The translations under genes were made by a program, and so were the position numbers. Positions 10,401 through 20,060 of a stretch of 64,000 bases of DNA are shown here, one piece after another (within the stretch, counting starts at the first letter, position 1; the number at the start of each line of letters is the position of its first letter). The stretch covers positions 864,001 to 928,000 of the forward strand of contig CM000431.1 of NCBI GenBank assembly GCA_000165345.1, written 5' to 3'. A model generated the notes under the pieces. The model was not told where the DNA came from. It worked only from the letters and a program-made list of their open reading frames with translations, and searched no databases.

Positions 10401-12132
10401 CACCAATAGCTTTTTTATTTATTGCTCTATTTTGAGCAAGAAATCTTGCAATAGAAATACAGTTTTCCTTATCAATAACTTCGATTTCAGAGAGTAAATC
10501 AATACCCTTTTCATAGTTACCTTCATTAAAATTTTTAATATACTCATCAATCAAATATTTCCTTATGGGAGCGGTATTAAGATCGAATTCAATATGACTA
10601 AAACTATTTAATTTGTGAATTCTTTTCAATTCTTCTTTAATATTAATAATTAGATTAGTTATTAAGGTAAATATATCAATATTTAGGCTCTTGTTCTGAG
10701 TCTTTATGGATCCTCCCTCCATAATTTGATTAATTAGAAAGTTAATGGTATTTAAAACCAAGTTTTCACTGTTTATATCAAGGTCAAACTCAATAAATAA
10801 ATATGTAAGAAATGAAATATTTTCTGTTAAAGTACCAAAAATGGATTCTATGATAACATTTTTTTCAGAATTTTCGAATATCCCATTTTCGAATAGCCCT
10901 CTAATACACTTTGAAATGAAAATACCATGTAAACGAATAGTTTGGCTTAAATCATGAATTTGAAGAGCATTACTCCATAATTGAATGGAATTTTTCCTGG
11001 CTTGAAAATCATTCAAAACGATGTTTTTAATAATCGAAAAGAAGTGGAGCTTATATAGTCGTCTTACATAGTCTCCAAAATTAGTGTTTTGGTACTCTCT
11101 CAATTTAATCTTTGCATAGATTGCGTGTAGCATCTCTAGGCTAAGATTTCTAATCCTCAATATCCTAGGATCCAATTCCCTAACCTGGGAAAATATAAAA
11201 AAATTATTCTCAACTTCAATAAAATCCTTGGAGGAAAGCTCAAAGTCTAAAGGAGAAATCAATTTGATCTGGTTGAACCTTCCCTTTTGCGTTTCATGCT
11301 TTTTAATGTGAATCATGCTATTTGTCATGGTAAATGTGTAGAGTATTTCTATAATTAATACAAAATATTTTTCAGAATACTCGTTTCTTTTTTCAAATGA
11401 GTCATCAAAAAACAAGCTTACGAAATGTATTAATATAGAATAAGTTGTTGCTCTGATTCCATTATCAATTGTATTACTGTAAATATTAAATAACACTAGA
11501 AAGGTGGAGTAGAGCATTTGGCAGCTAAAACAATCAATATTCTTTCCAATCAAAGGTATACTTGTTTTTATAATTTGAGTTAGAATTGATTCATCATCAA
11601 TCTTTGAATCATATATATTGAACAATAGTGTGAATAAAAACTCTAAACCGTTAACTGGTTCTTTATTTTCTATAATGTCCTCGCAACCATAAAGTTTTTC
11701 TTCTTCAATCAAAGTTCTTGCAAGAGCTTCAAAAGAAAGAAGCTTATTGATTCCCTCCAAGGATATTAATGTAAGCTTCGGATTCGTATATTGTCTACAT
11801 GCTTTAAAAATCGGTCCTAATATATATGGATATAACAGATCCAAATGTTTTCCATATTCATCGAATGATAAGTCCTTAAGTTTTTTCTTATCTGCATAGT
11901 ATATAAGATTCTTTAAATCACTAGTTACTGCTCCACTTAAATAATCTTTCAAATCAAAGTTATTGTCAAATTCTAAAATCAAATCCTGAAATTCTTTTTC
12001 ATTTTGAAGTTGAGTGTACCCAATAAAGAACTTTAACTTGTCAATGCAGTGAGATGCAACAACTTCCAGGTCCTTGTATTTTCTGGATGTGCTTGAAAAT
12101 TTCTGTATTGACTTAATAGTATTTATTATCAT
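4396..12132 (-). CDS. large Sec7-domain ARF guanine-nucleotide exchange factor (BIG/GBF-type), 2578 aa, intronless
   Basis: Sec7 catalytic-domain motifs are present: ...FLAQNRAINKKAIGDYISLP...FHLPGEAQKIDRIIEEFSLRY...IIAFSLIMLHTDAHSKEIK... (protein aa ~560-720, nt ~9975..10455). The N-terminus is DCB-like, followed by a long Asn/Ile-rich low-complexity C-terminal region. The minus-strand stop at 4396..4398 overlaps the PCNA 3' end. Confidence 0.88.
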   Translation of the reverse strand: MIINTIKSIQKFSSTSRKYKDLEVVASHCIDKLKFFIGYTQLQNEKEFQDLILEFDNNFDLKDYLSGAVTSDLKNLIYYADKKKLKDLSFDEYGKHLDLLYPYILGPIFKACRQYTNPKLTLISLEGINKLLSFEALARTLIEEEKLYGCEDIIENKEPVNGLEFLFTLLFNIYDSKIDDESILTQIIKTSIPLIGKNIDCFSCQMLYSTFLVLFNIYSNTIDNGIRATTYSILIHFVSLFFDDSFEKRNEYSEKYFVLIIEILYTFTMTNSMIHIKKHETQKGRFNQIKLISPLDFELSSKDFIEVENNFFIFSQVRELDPRILRIRNLSLEMLHAIYAKIKLREYQNTNFGDYVRRLYKLHFFSIIKNIVLNDFQARKNSIQLWSNALQIHDLSQTIRLHGIFISKCIRGLFENGIFENSEKNVIIESIFGTLTENISFLTYLFIEFDLDINSENLVLNTINFLINQIMEGGSIKTQNKSLNIDIFTLITNLIINIKEELKRIHKLNSFSHIEFDLNTAPIRKYLIDEYIKNFNEGNYEKGIDLLSEIEVIDKENCISIARFLAQNRAINKKAIGDYISLPNPRNKEILNHYCNQFSFKNKSLDFSLYLFLSNFHLPGEAQKIDRIIEEFSLRYFLDNPEIFPNKDKIYIIAFSLIMLHTDAHSKEIKNYYRMSKSDFIKNHNDLILSSPKLVDSLEAFYDNITLNEWIFENSKERCKVYFPYIDYLINLIQNLEFTNTCLTNNSKNACYYNSSSSYSSNFQIKIISNEIIHKIANLLSFQTDPEIIANQKDLFKFIYQSIKKKFETIYFNGIYSEDIVYWKFIPNTPIQWIIGLSECLKGRNLPIKSEIQQESIYFQYDGLSFNKNTKVVHSNNILQTSSVIGNNQNLSKWITNNKNSDIKVRDINSIFQITISDLIKEMHPNWSNRKYKRTESMNQKRIEIEESYIILLGKMICCYFTTMLSNVDFWMCFGKETMISWIPILKYSTELGIILGLESSFTINLTVLSYLTNTLTLPLNLNDLFFCNSNITEEIRVILKNDHHSFEDEKYSKSLKFPELEKSGILEQYSDLIIRSFQTSMNFYNSFESKQECKVKDENEKSISHSFAHSTNQESEVLLSYLISNESFSTHSSLNYLNIEAIKAIFEISQDYGDQVPFILWVIMIGIVSQVDRYFYVKTILKGNNTDISDYFDHNKFINNKSKAFGNDLTKFLTLSKISLNLTKSNTLNSRHFNQFFNRKLIKSTKNIFNSTKSIINSGLSNNNSRDNSRSISRASSSRETSPDYSNKDTEIIQSKDENEIISSNTYFQNKIIYGSNSQNIQIYTNLKNSISFNNLWFKDEEIIEQNSTVENNGEMLIINDEKYSLILNQVSLINLRRTEMFNSKLITNELEFYQVMERIFTRIAMDPIKNKRVITDLFLALIFNARNQIVLSGRKSIELFLFRKVFEFMNLILEYNFQEFFELILWDKYFIPIYYSEIIQILSGKAYLEVLDSIKSFTIKFIESQDMFIRSKYLNNIKDENKVNNYPEEIKMIIISSSLDFILEKSSNQLSTNFKYFHSKELNLTQLSIFILFKKLVEKIINYESYNEYIVTVELLLEILKNIQNLYQNLKLLNFLDVNDIIEIYYCFIIGIQKGIEKTEEKNINNHHNSKKKKLINILNSNSHSNKEELNKDKENEILARILLCLTTIPRLSFILDDDIFSKLLDTFFILIKVFVQKNVSKLICKILDYILYMFYIKIKYINNQDIEEIQNLDEDNINGLQLLNIRKTNNIRKNVYNKNQYKLILCYFNEFSQLITKSLIFEKKYLDLYYYYLVNISKLINYWLGICPIELIIHEVFLIQNIIPDIINLISFNNKKNIINQTNISLTADYMKTKGVKFLDKLTTEEKNHETSLLLEEESMIKNNRLEDDSGTEEYHDENDFENDDDDDDEDNCFVNDEADLDIIRYISYNSTRNEKSTFEVTNKNSHLDNTQLTLSSKEDLKMKTNYKNNLTIFNKKFKEINRVLTNKTEDKDHLISDEILENLNYDDINNIKIDKEYGDLKAIKIIHNVYKIIEFYIFRTSIKYYRFLLKDWLILTNQILLSQTMSIFCKDDIKIQYKMLIVYINFLYNNKSLFGYKEWHQIFQYYSNFVGEFTKSIQIDPNKYIIEDVRSRYSIDDLGVAYGEREFENQINEKKKSKDDEIVDTRKRRQHNQFEIFFRSKFFNKRYFGLIENKKNHKNDQNGIDPNKIGKYKNKGRRISLKHCLEKNWKCYSHKNIKNTNDQEMYDSFIRLRLSIEELIFKDIKYKSNYDEEKTMITINRPDCVHDLYSALLVIYNILFDWYMIDLRSIERELDMGINKMIYDTIINSLNKLYFELLNGLNLVKFDLFQYNIYLVLWIQLHVRKEFSLQFKDNLQYYKNELLSQCEDILEKYVKIEKSKNNTLERREKGLHSDDYYEKKRLSSIISPNIHFNHHFNSSYDRILKNKVDITYSYKAVLNSLLSDLKEMKQSEYIMKSSRFYKVLLDITLLEDQNLRILSRDILIEFARKEKDTIKSSSLSSPSPSPLPLSPSSLILSLPSEEQILPMINDYSSS

Positions 12133-12907
12133 ATCATAATTTACAAATCTTAATTTTCATACCAAATTTCATTAAAAAAAATACGAATTTGTGTATTAAT
12201 GCCTATATATCCTTCCGGTCTATATGATTAGTTTATTCTTTCATTCCTATTATTTAAGTTTGGTGATTTCTTTCAAATTTACAGTTTTTCACACATCCGT
12301 TGAAAATTCCTCAATTTTTTACTTTAACGCATATTAATTATTTGATGATCTTGCCGCCTTTTTTTAAATATTGAATTAATTAACTGAATAAATATAATAA
12401 AATCCTCAATATAAAATTTTCTAAAATGGTGAATAATATTCAGACAAACAAATAAATTTTTACTGTTTATAAAGTTTTTATAGTCTAAACTTAGACTCTA
12501 TTGTTCTTTAACAGAAATGTTAATTCCTAATATTAACTGCTTGTAAGATTATTACTAACTTTAAGTAACAATCACTTATATTACAATTGTATTTTTCATG
12601 TATGATTTAAATTAGATGATCTTTTATTTGATTATGCCTTGCTCGTTCTTTCAGTATTTGAAAGGCATAATCTTTATTTTGCCCTTTGTTTTTTCTCACT
12701 TTATGATTCAATTTGACACGTAATACTCAATGTGGATACATGCAGGTAAAAATCGCATGCAATACTAATAACAGAATTTTAAATAGTTGAAAGTTAAATT
12801 CTGTATTTGATAAATAAATATTAATTGGTTCAATTTATGAGTAAAAAAATTTTAGTAAAAATAATAAACCAATTACTAAGACTAGTAAATTTTACAAATA
12901 AAAAAAG

Positions 12908-15043
12908 TTAATATTCCAATGAACAGTTTTTATTGGAAAATTTTGAGAGATATTTTTTAATGAAATCAATCTCAAATTTGAGATTAGGATCAAAAAATTT
13001 TCTTTCAGCGTTATAAAGGTTAATTTCATTATTAATGAAGTGATATATTTGCTTAATTTCGTCTTGAGAAAGAAAATTTAAAAAAAAATTTTCAATAAAA
13101 ATGGAGAGAGGTTTTTTTGGAGATTTAGGGTCCATAGAATAACGATCCAAGATAATATTAATAAAGTTTATAGTATAAAAAAAAGATGCGATTTTATAAT
13201 AAATAACTTTTTCAAAATTAAAGGTATTTTGAGAACTTGTGTTAATGCGATTAAATACAAGAGAAGATTTAGTCATTTTTGAATTTGGAGATTTTTGTTT
13301 GTAATTAAATTTCAAAATAATTGATTTAATATCTAGGATAATGCAATATGCAAATTTGAAGAGTGAATAATGAAGAGAATTTGATTTATTACATAGTTCA
13401 ATTTTTCCATCTGAAAACAATAAGTCTCTAATTCTTTTTTGAATAAGATCTACTGAAGTTAATTTATGGTTTAGTCCATTTGTTAATTCCTCAATAAATA
13501 ATTGTTTTGTAGAGCTTTCTCCAAATCTTGAAATTAAAAAAATTGTGCTATTATAAGTTTTAAGAATTGGGATTATAATATCCATTTCTGAAAAGCAATT
13601 TTGTATAGAAAGCTGAGCAAAATAACCAATGTTAAAAAAGAGATTTAGTATTTGTTTATTTGAAATATTACTTGCATGAAAGTGAGCCATGAAATGGTTT
13701 CTAGATAAAAAGGGAATACTAAATGTTGTATTTATTACTTCAAGTATAGATTTAACTTGTTTAACTCTTATTCTATTAAATATTTTTGGAAGAAACTCAA
13801 TTTGATTTGATTGGTTTAAGTTATGATCAATAAATTTCGAGAAGACCTTGTTAATTAGTTCAGAATGGTCATTTAAAAGTTCCAATTTTTGGTATTCTTT
13901 GTCAACTTCTTGCTTTTCTAAAGATTCATTTGAAAGTTCTTGTATCTTGCCTTCCAAAATTATTGAAATTTTGGCTTCAAATGTTTTAAACCAAAGTATT
14001 GTAGAAATATTATCAAGAGCTAAAATTGCATGATCTTCCATTCTTTTTGTCTTATCAGAAGTATTACCTTGGTAAGAATATATTATATCCTTCAAAAGAT
14101 GATCTGCAACCATTTCTACACCACTTTCAAGTAAATATCTTCCACGCGGTAATTTGAAAAGAAGAGCTGTTGTTAAAAATGATCCAGAACATCTATAAAA
14201 GCAAATCATTGAATTTAAAAAAAATATCTTATTAAAAAAAATATTTTTTTGGGTAATATCTTGGAAATTAATATTCTGAAAAGCTGTAAATAAATCATCA
14301 CTAAACTCCTTATCAAATAGTAAATTAAGACTCTCAGTATTAATTTTGGTTATCTCAAAAATAATATATTTAAATCCATCTTCATATTCACCACTAATCA
14401 TCCCATTTAGTCTTCTCCTTTTATTCATTTTAAAATCTTGATGACTTTGAAGATTAATTATATTCATATCTATTTCATCATTCATCTCAATTAACCCAAC
14501 AGTTTCCTCTTCCCCATTAATTCTTGTTCCAAAATAAGAATTTGTAGGTTCACCCCATTCTTCTATCCAGTTTTTGTCAGAAGTTACCAAATTCTCACAT
14601 TCTTTCTTACCTCTAAATTCATTAGAAATAACATTTTCGCCATTACAGCATTCAACCAATAATTTGATAATAACATTACAGATGTCTGTACTACTGAGAT
14701 CATCTAAATTATACCAATCCTGACTCTTCAATATCCAAATACTCAATATTAATGTAAAACCCAAGTATTTTCCAATAGAAAATGGCGTATTATCCATCAT
14801 TTTGGAAATACCCACAATCTTATCAGATAATAATTTGTAACTCAATCCCAACTCCATTTCTTTACCGTAACCTAAAAGAGTTATATATGTTAAGTATAAA
14901 GAATCAATAGATTCAGTTGATGTCACATTGCTTTCATTAACCTCCATTAATTTATTCCGTAGTATCAAAAGCTCATTTTCTTCATTCAAAGCTACCTCAA
15001 CTAAGCGGTTATGATTTAATTCCATTATCAAACTACCTTTCAT
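12908..15043 (-). CDS. hypothetical protein, 711 aa (no recognisable domain)
   Basis: Long uninterrupted ORF with an ATG at 15043. Its codon usage resembles that of neighbouring genes. It shares a divergent promoter region with the RRM gene. Confidence 0.5.
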   Translation of the reverse strand: MKGSLIMELNHNRLVEVALNEENELLILRNKLMEVNESNVTSTESIDSLYLTYITLLGYGKEMELGLSYKLLSDKIVGISKMMDNTPFSIGKYLGFTLILSIWILKSQDWYNLDDLSSTDICNVIIKLLVECCNGENVISNEFRGKKECENLVTSDKNWIEEWGEPTNSYFGTRINGEEETVGLIEMNDEIDMNIINLQSHQDFKMNKRRRLNGMISGEYEDGFKYIIFEITKINTESLNLLFDKEFSDDLFTAFQNINFQDITQKNIFFNKIFFLNSMICFYRCSGSFLTTALLFKLPRGRYLLESGVEMVADHLLKDIIYSYQGNTSDKTKRMEDHAILALDNISTILWFKTFEAKISIILEGKIQELSNESLEKQEVDKEYQKLELLNDHSELINKVFSKFIDHNLNQSNQIEFLPKIFNRIRVKQVKSILEVINTTFSIPFLSRNHFMAHFHASNISNKQILNLFFNIGYFAQLSIQNCFSEMDIIIPILKTYNSTIFLISRFGESSTKQLFIEELTNGLNHKLTSVDLIQKRIRDLLFSDGKIELCNKSNSLHYSLFKFAYCIILDIKSIILKFNYKQKSPNSKMTKSSLVFNRINTSSQNTFNFEKVIYYKIASFFYTINFINIILDRYSMDPKSPKKPLSIFIENFFLNFLSQDEIKQIYHFINNEINLYNAERKFFDPNLKFEIDFIKKYLSKFSNKNCSLEY

Positions 15044-15138
15044 TTGACTTAGAGACTTGATTATACTAGTCGATTCTTCTCTCTAAAACCCCAATCTTTA
15101 TATTAAAGATGAAAAATGCATGGAGATTCTTTTCACAA

Positions 15139-15160
15139 TTTGGCGGGCACATGTGCCGCC
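15139..15160. promoter_or_regulatory. GC-rich E2F-like site (TTTGGCGGG) fused to a near-palindrome GGCGGGCACATGTGCCGCC in a divergent promoter
   Basis: An isolated GC island in an AT-rich 320-bp spacer between the start of the minus-strand gene (15043) and the start of the plus-strand RRM gene (15363). The core GCACATGTGC is a perfect palindrome flanked by GGCGG/CCGCC. Confidence 0.35.
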
Positions 15161-15362
15161 ATGGGCTGGGCGGTACCATGTTCTAGTTATTTTTGACTTT
15201 TAACTTGAAATAATAAAATAATTTTTAAGTTTCAAAGGTAACTAAAATTGGAAATTCAGTTAAAAAGTAAACAGGTTTTTAACAATAAGACTTTGATTTA
15301 TTTATTTATACTTTCGAATATTATATTAGCCTAAATGAATTATAATTTTATATTTTAAGAAT

Positions 15363-16412
15363 ATGGAAAAGGCTGAAAAAGTTACTTCTATTACGGATAT
15401 AATTGCCAGAAATAGTAGATCCAAAGGAGCTACTGAGGAAATTAACCCAAATATTGAAAAACTGCTTAGTGAATGTAGTGATAATCCCCGCATTTTAGCT
15501 CCTAAAAATCAGGAAAAGAATAGATCTGAAAATGTAGCAAAAGAGGAAAAACCTAAAGAATTTACTAAGGTTAAATATGATAAAAACAATGATCCAAGGA
15601 TTGAAAACACACTATTTGTTGGAAATGTAGCTCTACATATTTCTGAGAAAGAACTACTTTCCAAATTAGAAATTAAACAAGGTGAAGTAGAATCCATGAG
15701 ATTTAGGTCCCTACCTATACATCCTAAGTTTGCTTCAAAGAAAAAAGTTGGTGCAGCTTTGGAGTGCTTTTCTGGAAACAGTAGTACTAAAAATGCTTAT
15801 ATTGTTTTGAAAGAAAAAGAAAGGATGAAACCAATTATTGACAAATTTTCTGGAATTGTTTTAGCAGGAAATATTCTTCGTTTAACTCCAGCATCTAAAG
15901 GCAATCAATTCAGCACTTTTGATCGTAAGAGAACTGTCTTTATTGGTGGATTACCAAAGTTTTGTACTGAAGATGAACTACGTAGATTTGTTACAATGTC
16001 ACTAAATGAAGACTGCGTTCATTCCGTTCGGATTATAAAATCTGCCACTACTGGTAAGCCTAAAGGTTTTGGATTTGTTTTATTTAATGACAGAAAGTTT
16101 GTCATCTCTTCCGTTAAAATGCTTAGTGGCGCTCAATTTAAAGATTCCAAAATATCAGTTACTAGGGCTTTATCTGAAGAAGAAGCAAAAAGTAAAGCTA
16201 ATTCAAACAATTCTAGAAGAAGGATGATCAATAATGGAACACAAAGTAAAAATAAAGAAGGCGATGACTCTATGAGAGAAAATAGATTTATATCCAAGAA
16301 GAATGCTAAAAATAAGGTCAATAAAATTAAGAAGAAACTTAAGAAAGTTGTCAAAAAGGCCCCAAATATTAAAAAAGCTTCCAAATCTAAAAAAAGTAAA
16401 TCAAAAGCATGA
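15363..16412 (+). CDS. RNA-binding protein with two RRM domains and a Lys-rich C-terminus (Nop12/RBM34-like nucleolar type)
   Basis: RRM signatures: LFVGNVALHISEKELLSKL...VESMRF and TVFIGGLPKFCTEDELRRFV...KGFGFVLFNDRKFV. The tail is very basic and K-rich, typical of nucleolar RRM proteins. Confidence 0.75.
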   Translation: MEKAEKVTSITDIIARNSRSKGATEEINPNIEKLLSECSDNPRILAPKNQEKNRSENVAKEEKPKEFTKVKYDKNNDPRIENTLFVGNVALHISEKELLSKLEIKQGEVESMRFRSLPIHPKFASKKKVGAALECFSGNSSTKNAYIVLKEKERMKPIIDKFSGIVLAGNILRLTPASKGNQFSTFDRKRTVFIGGLPKFCTEDELRRFVTMSLNEDCVHSVRIIKSATTGKPKGFGFVLFNDRKFVISSVKMLSGAQFKDSKISVTRALSEEEAKSKANSNNSRRRMINNGTQSKNKEGDDSMRENRFISKKNAKNKVNKIKKKLKKVVKKAPNIKKASKSKKSKSKA

Positions 16413-16546
16413 TGAGGACTTTAAATCTATATATTTAACCTAGCTGTCTACATGATAATGTATTTCAATAATATCTTTTTAAACATTTTCTTTTTCTATA
16501 AATTTATTTATTTATTTGACTTGTCGAAAATTCACGCTTTACATGT

Positions 16547-16558
16547 TTTGGCGCCAAA
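16547..16558. promoter_or_regulatory. E2F-like palindrome TTTGGCGCCAAA about 115 bp upstream of the small ORF 16672..17037
   Basis: A second perfect copy of the 12-bp palindrome seen upstream of PCNA. Confidence 0.45.
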
Positions 16559-16671
16559 TCAAATGTAGTAGTTTACATGCAAAACGAAACGTAATTAATT
16601 ACTAAGTGAAGTTCTTTTTTTTTTTAAATAAAATTAGTTGAAGATATAAATAATAATACAATAGAGTAAAT

Positions 16672-17037
16672 ATGGCAGAGTTAATACTTAATAGAATAAG
16701 TGAAGCCTTAGGGTTTGGAACAAAGTGTTGTTCAAAGTGCATTTTTGAAGGAGAAAAGGAGACATTACAATGTTATGACTTGGATCCTCCTCAGATTGTC
16801 AATGAAATTTCAAAAATTAATAACAAGAACACTGTAATAGGACTTGATTGTAATCAAAAGGAGCATGAGGAAGATTTAGCTCGAGATGCAGCAAGAAAGG
16901 TCTTTGGAACAGATTTAGAAAACTCTCCAACAGTGAAAAGGGAAGAGAGAATTATTCAAGAGGAGAGCAGTGTGCCAAAATTAGATTTATTAAAAGAGGA
17001 AAATCAGAGAACAATAAAATTTGAAGATTGTAACTAG
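16672..17037 (+). CDS. small hypothetical protein, 121 aa
   Basis: ATG-initiated ORF with an E2F-like palindrome 115 bp upstream and a long AT-rich 3' spacer. No recognisable domain. Confidence 0.35.
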   Translation: MAELILNRISEALGFGTKCCSKCIFEGEKETLQCYDLDPPQIVNEISKINNKNTVIGLDCNQKEHEEDLARDAARKVFGTDLENSPTVKREERIIQEESSVPKLDLLKEENQRTIKFEDCN

Positions 17038-17240
17038 ATAGATTGATTTAGTATTATTATTTTTTTGTACATTACAAAATCATATGAATGTGTCTTCTTT
17101 TTTTTTCTTTGGGAAATTTCCAATGTGCTAAGGAGATAGTCATCCAATAAGAAAATTAGGTAGAAAATTGAGTATTTTCGAGTATCTAAATGTATTGAAA
17201 ACTAAATATATGAAACTAAATAATAAACTTATAATAATGT

Positions 17241-20060
17241 TTAAATAACTCCTTTTAGAACGTAGGACATACAAACGATAAAGTATAAAATAAATGCTAA
17301 ACCCCAAATGCGATGAACTCTCCCTTTAGACAGTACGACAACCAGTGCTGATATTGGAAGGAAGTACAAGAGTTGGTAAGTAGCAGTAATAATTTGAGAT
17401 TCAAAGTGAAGGTGGATATCTTTTGAGAATCCTAATTGGATTGCTCTTACAAATACTGAACTTCCAAATCCAAATAGGAGAAGAAATACACATGCGCCAT
17501 AACATCCAGCGAGGCCCATATGTGCATGCCCAGCTCTTGAAACTGCTACATTAGCAAATAAGTCAGCAATTGAGTTACCCATTGCAACAATTGTGAGTCC
17601 AAGAATTGCAGGCTTAATTCCAAGGGTAAGCCCAATGACTTTAATGCATTCAACTAACTCGTTTACAAGGACTCCATTCCAATATATTGACATAATAATG
17701 CCAAAGAACATATCACAGTACATTAAAATGTCAGTTATAAACTTTCTGGTTTTAAATGATAATTGAACTTCTGGAAGCTTAATATTTGAGAAGGATCTAA
17801 CCCGATAGAGTCTATAATTCTGGGGATCATCTTTCAAGTCATCTTCACCTGTCTGATCATCTTTTCTTGTATTAAGAATACAAGTATATATGAAAAAGAG
17901 TACCAAAGATATAATAGATGAAAGAAGAAGAGCAATCAAGTAAAATAATGGGTAGCTGACGTAAATCTTCTTTTCAAATCCAACAGCCAAAACAATAAAT
18001 AAGGGTTGCATAATTTGTACTGATCTTCTAAGTGATGGAGACGGTACAGTTAAATACAATATAAACATGATTGGTGTCATTAAAAGTTGTCTAAAGAAAT
18101 CACAGAATTCAAAGAAGCCATCTAAAAGTCCCTCAAAGTCAGTATTAAAACTCATTCCTTGGAAAAATCCTTCACTTCTTTCATTTGATTGGGGTATCTT
18201 AAGTTGTAAAGTTGGGAAATTTGTACGATCATCAATAATGCATCTATCCTCTCTTAATCTTTGTCTTCCTCTCTTCTGTAACTTGAGAACATTTTCCTCA
18301 TGAGCAGGTGGAGGTAGAAGTGAATTGTGTAATGACTCAGTTTGATAAACAACTTCACTCATGGAAAGATTTCTTGAGAGTCTGACTGCATAGTCATCGC
18401 TTAGTAACACAAGTTGTGAGTGAGAACCGGATCTTTTAGTTTCATAATTAGAAATTGTGATTGATCCCAGGTTTGAAGAGTAGGAAGATGATGTAGCTGA
18501 GAAGTTGTTACTTTGGTAGGCATCAGAAATTGATATAGAATTAGAATTTCCAATTTGACTGCTTTGGTCACCTTTTAAGTGAGAAGCTGAAAGCTGTGAG
18601 CAGACTGGGGATTTAGATCTTTGGCTCTGGAAATTCCAAGGATTTGGAAGCTCAAGAGTATTTGCATAATTCCTCTCTCTATTTAAAAGATTCTTAGATG
18701 AATTTCTCTGAGGAAATGGAATCCTACAAGATTGTGCATTATTAACACCATATGCTTTTTCAAAGTCTTCATTATCTTTATCTCTTCCAAATCCATAATT
18801 TGAAGAAGGAGTCAGAACTTTACCGCTTAGATCATCATTTGTTAGACTAGGAGAGGGAGAATGAGTTGGAGTAAGCAAAAGTAAGGTCTTTTTAATACTT
18901 CTAGACTTGGAACCAATTCTATCCCAGTAGACATCACTATTAATAACTGTTCCTTTTTCTAGGAGCTGGCTTTTTTCATCATAAGAGAACTGTAAGTTAG
19001 AAAAAGATAACTTAATTGGAGGGATCTCTAAATCTGGAGTATTTCCATTGTCTGCTTTTTGAACATCTCTAATTGAATCAGGAGGAGTAAAAGGTATTGG
19101 AAGAACCGAAGGAATGGTATTGGAATAGCGATAATTAGGAATATCGCTAGTGATAGCAACATTTCTAAGGCTCAATTTACTTCCTCCCCTTACTTCATCT
19201 GAGTCAGTTACTTGCTCATATACTGGACCTACATATTCTTCCTTAATTGTTAGGTTTACTGGCATTGAAAGAGATGTATACTTCTCACTCCATTGAAGTA
19301 AAAGAACGTAAAATCCATAAGCAATTAATGGAATTACAGACATTTTTGAAGAAATGAATCCAAGGTGATGAATAATAAGTAGTTGAATTAATCCAATAGT
19401 GAGAGCAATTGTATCTCTTAGGTGATTAAATATTGGAATGTTAATATAATTTGAATTTTCACTGCTCTTTGAAAAAACCATTACACACCCAAAAACAACC
19501 AAGATAATAAATAAGCAAGCACCAATAACATCCCCAAGAAACACATCTACAGCATCTTTCTCTCCAATTGATACACTAATAATTCCGAGAATAACATCAC
19601 TGGCTGCATTACTAAATGCTAAGAGTGTAGATCCTGCAAATGTATCTGATAAGCTTAAACATTCAGCTAGCTTAATCATTAGAGATGAAATGTAAGTATC
19701 AGCAACGGTTCCACAAGCAATAAAAAGAATGCAGGACCATACAAGTAAGCATATAGCAAAAGTCACTTTGTTAAGGAGGAATCCAAAGAATGCAGAATTT
19801 CTTTCATTTGGTTGATCATTATCAAAAAGTGGTTCAAAAATATAAGTATAAAAGATTTTGGAGTAGGGAATTAGTGTAGATTGTTGTGATATTTCACTAA
19901 TCCAGTGGGATTGGTCCATAATGTTAAGTTCTGATCCATGGTCATCTGCGCTACAGCTACTATAGGATTCACATTCATCTGGAAAAGAAAATCCCCCTGT
20001 TTGATACTTCTCATTTGATAAATATATGAAAAATAGTAAAACCACAAAAATAGTCTTCAT
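17241..20060 (-). CDS. Ca2+/cation antiporter (CaCA superfamily; NCX/NCKX/CCX-like) membrane protein with signal peptide, 939 aa
   Basis: N-terminal signal peptide MKTIFVVLLFFIYLS. Two alpha-repeat-like regions are present: ...LSDTFAGSTLLAFSNAASDVILG... and ...GLTLGIKPAILGLTIVAMGNSIADLFANVAVS... They are separated by a large hydrophilic Ser-rich loop, with multiple TM helices on both sides. Confidence 0.75.
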   Translation of the reverse strand: MKTIFVVLLFFIYLSNEKYQTGGFSFPDECESYSSCSADDHGSELNIMDQSHWISEISQQSTLIPYSKIFYTYIFEPLFDNDQPNERNSAFFGFLLNKVTFAICLLVWSCILFIACGTVADTYISSLMIKLAECLSLSDTFAGSTLLAFSNAASDVILGIISVSIGEKDAVDVFLGDVIGACLFIILVVFGCVMVFSKSSENSNYINIPIFNHLRDTIALTIGLIQLLIIHHLGFISSKMSVIPLIAYGFYVLLLQWSEKYTSLSMPVNLTIKEEYVGPVYEQVTDSDEVRGGSKLSLRNVAITSDIPNYRYSNTIPSVLPIPFTPPDSIRDVQKADNGNTPDLEIPPIKLSFSNLQFSYDEKSQLLEKGTVINSDVYWDRIGSKSRSIKKTLLLLTPTHSPSPSLTNDDLSGKVLTPSSNYGFGRDKDNEDFEKAYGVNNAQSCRIPFPQRNSSKNLLNRERNYANTLELPNPWNFQSQRSKSPVCSQLSASHLKGDQSSQIGNSNSISISDAYQSNNFSATSSSYSSNLGSITISNYETKRSGSHSQLVLLSDDYAVRLSRNLSMSEVVYQTESLHNSLLPPPAHEENVLKLQKRGRQRLREDRCIIDDRTNFPTLQLKIPQSNERSEGFFQGMSFNTDFEGLLDGFFEFCDFFRQLLMTPIMFILYLTVPSPSLRRSVQIMQPLFIVLAVGFEKKIYVSYPLFYLIALLLSSIISLVLFFIYTCILNTRKDDQTGEDDLKDDPQNYRLYRVRSFSNIKLPEVQLSFKTRKFITDILMYCDMFFGIIMSIYWNGVLVNELVECIKVIGLTLGIKPAILGLTIVAMGNSIADLFANVAVSRAGHAHMGLAGCYGACVFLLLFGFGSSVFVRAIQLGFSKDIHLHFESQIITATYQLLYFLPISALVVVLSKGRVHRIWGLAFILYFIVCMSYVLKGVI

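Noticed and set aside
18067-18303. Plus-strand 78-aa ORF inside the cation-exchanger gene
   Set aside because: It is antisense to the hydrophilic loop of the exchanger and has no independent start context or promoter motif.
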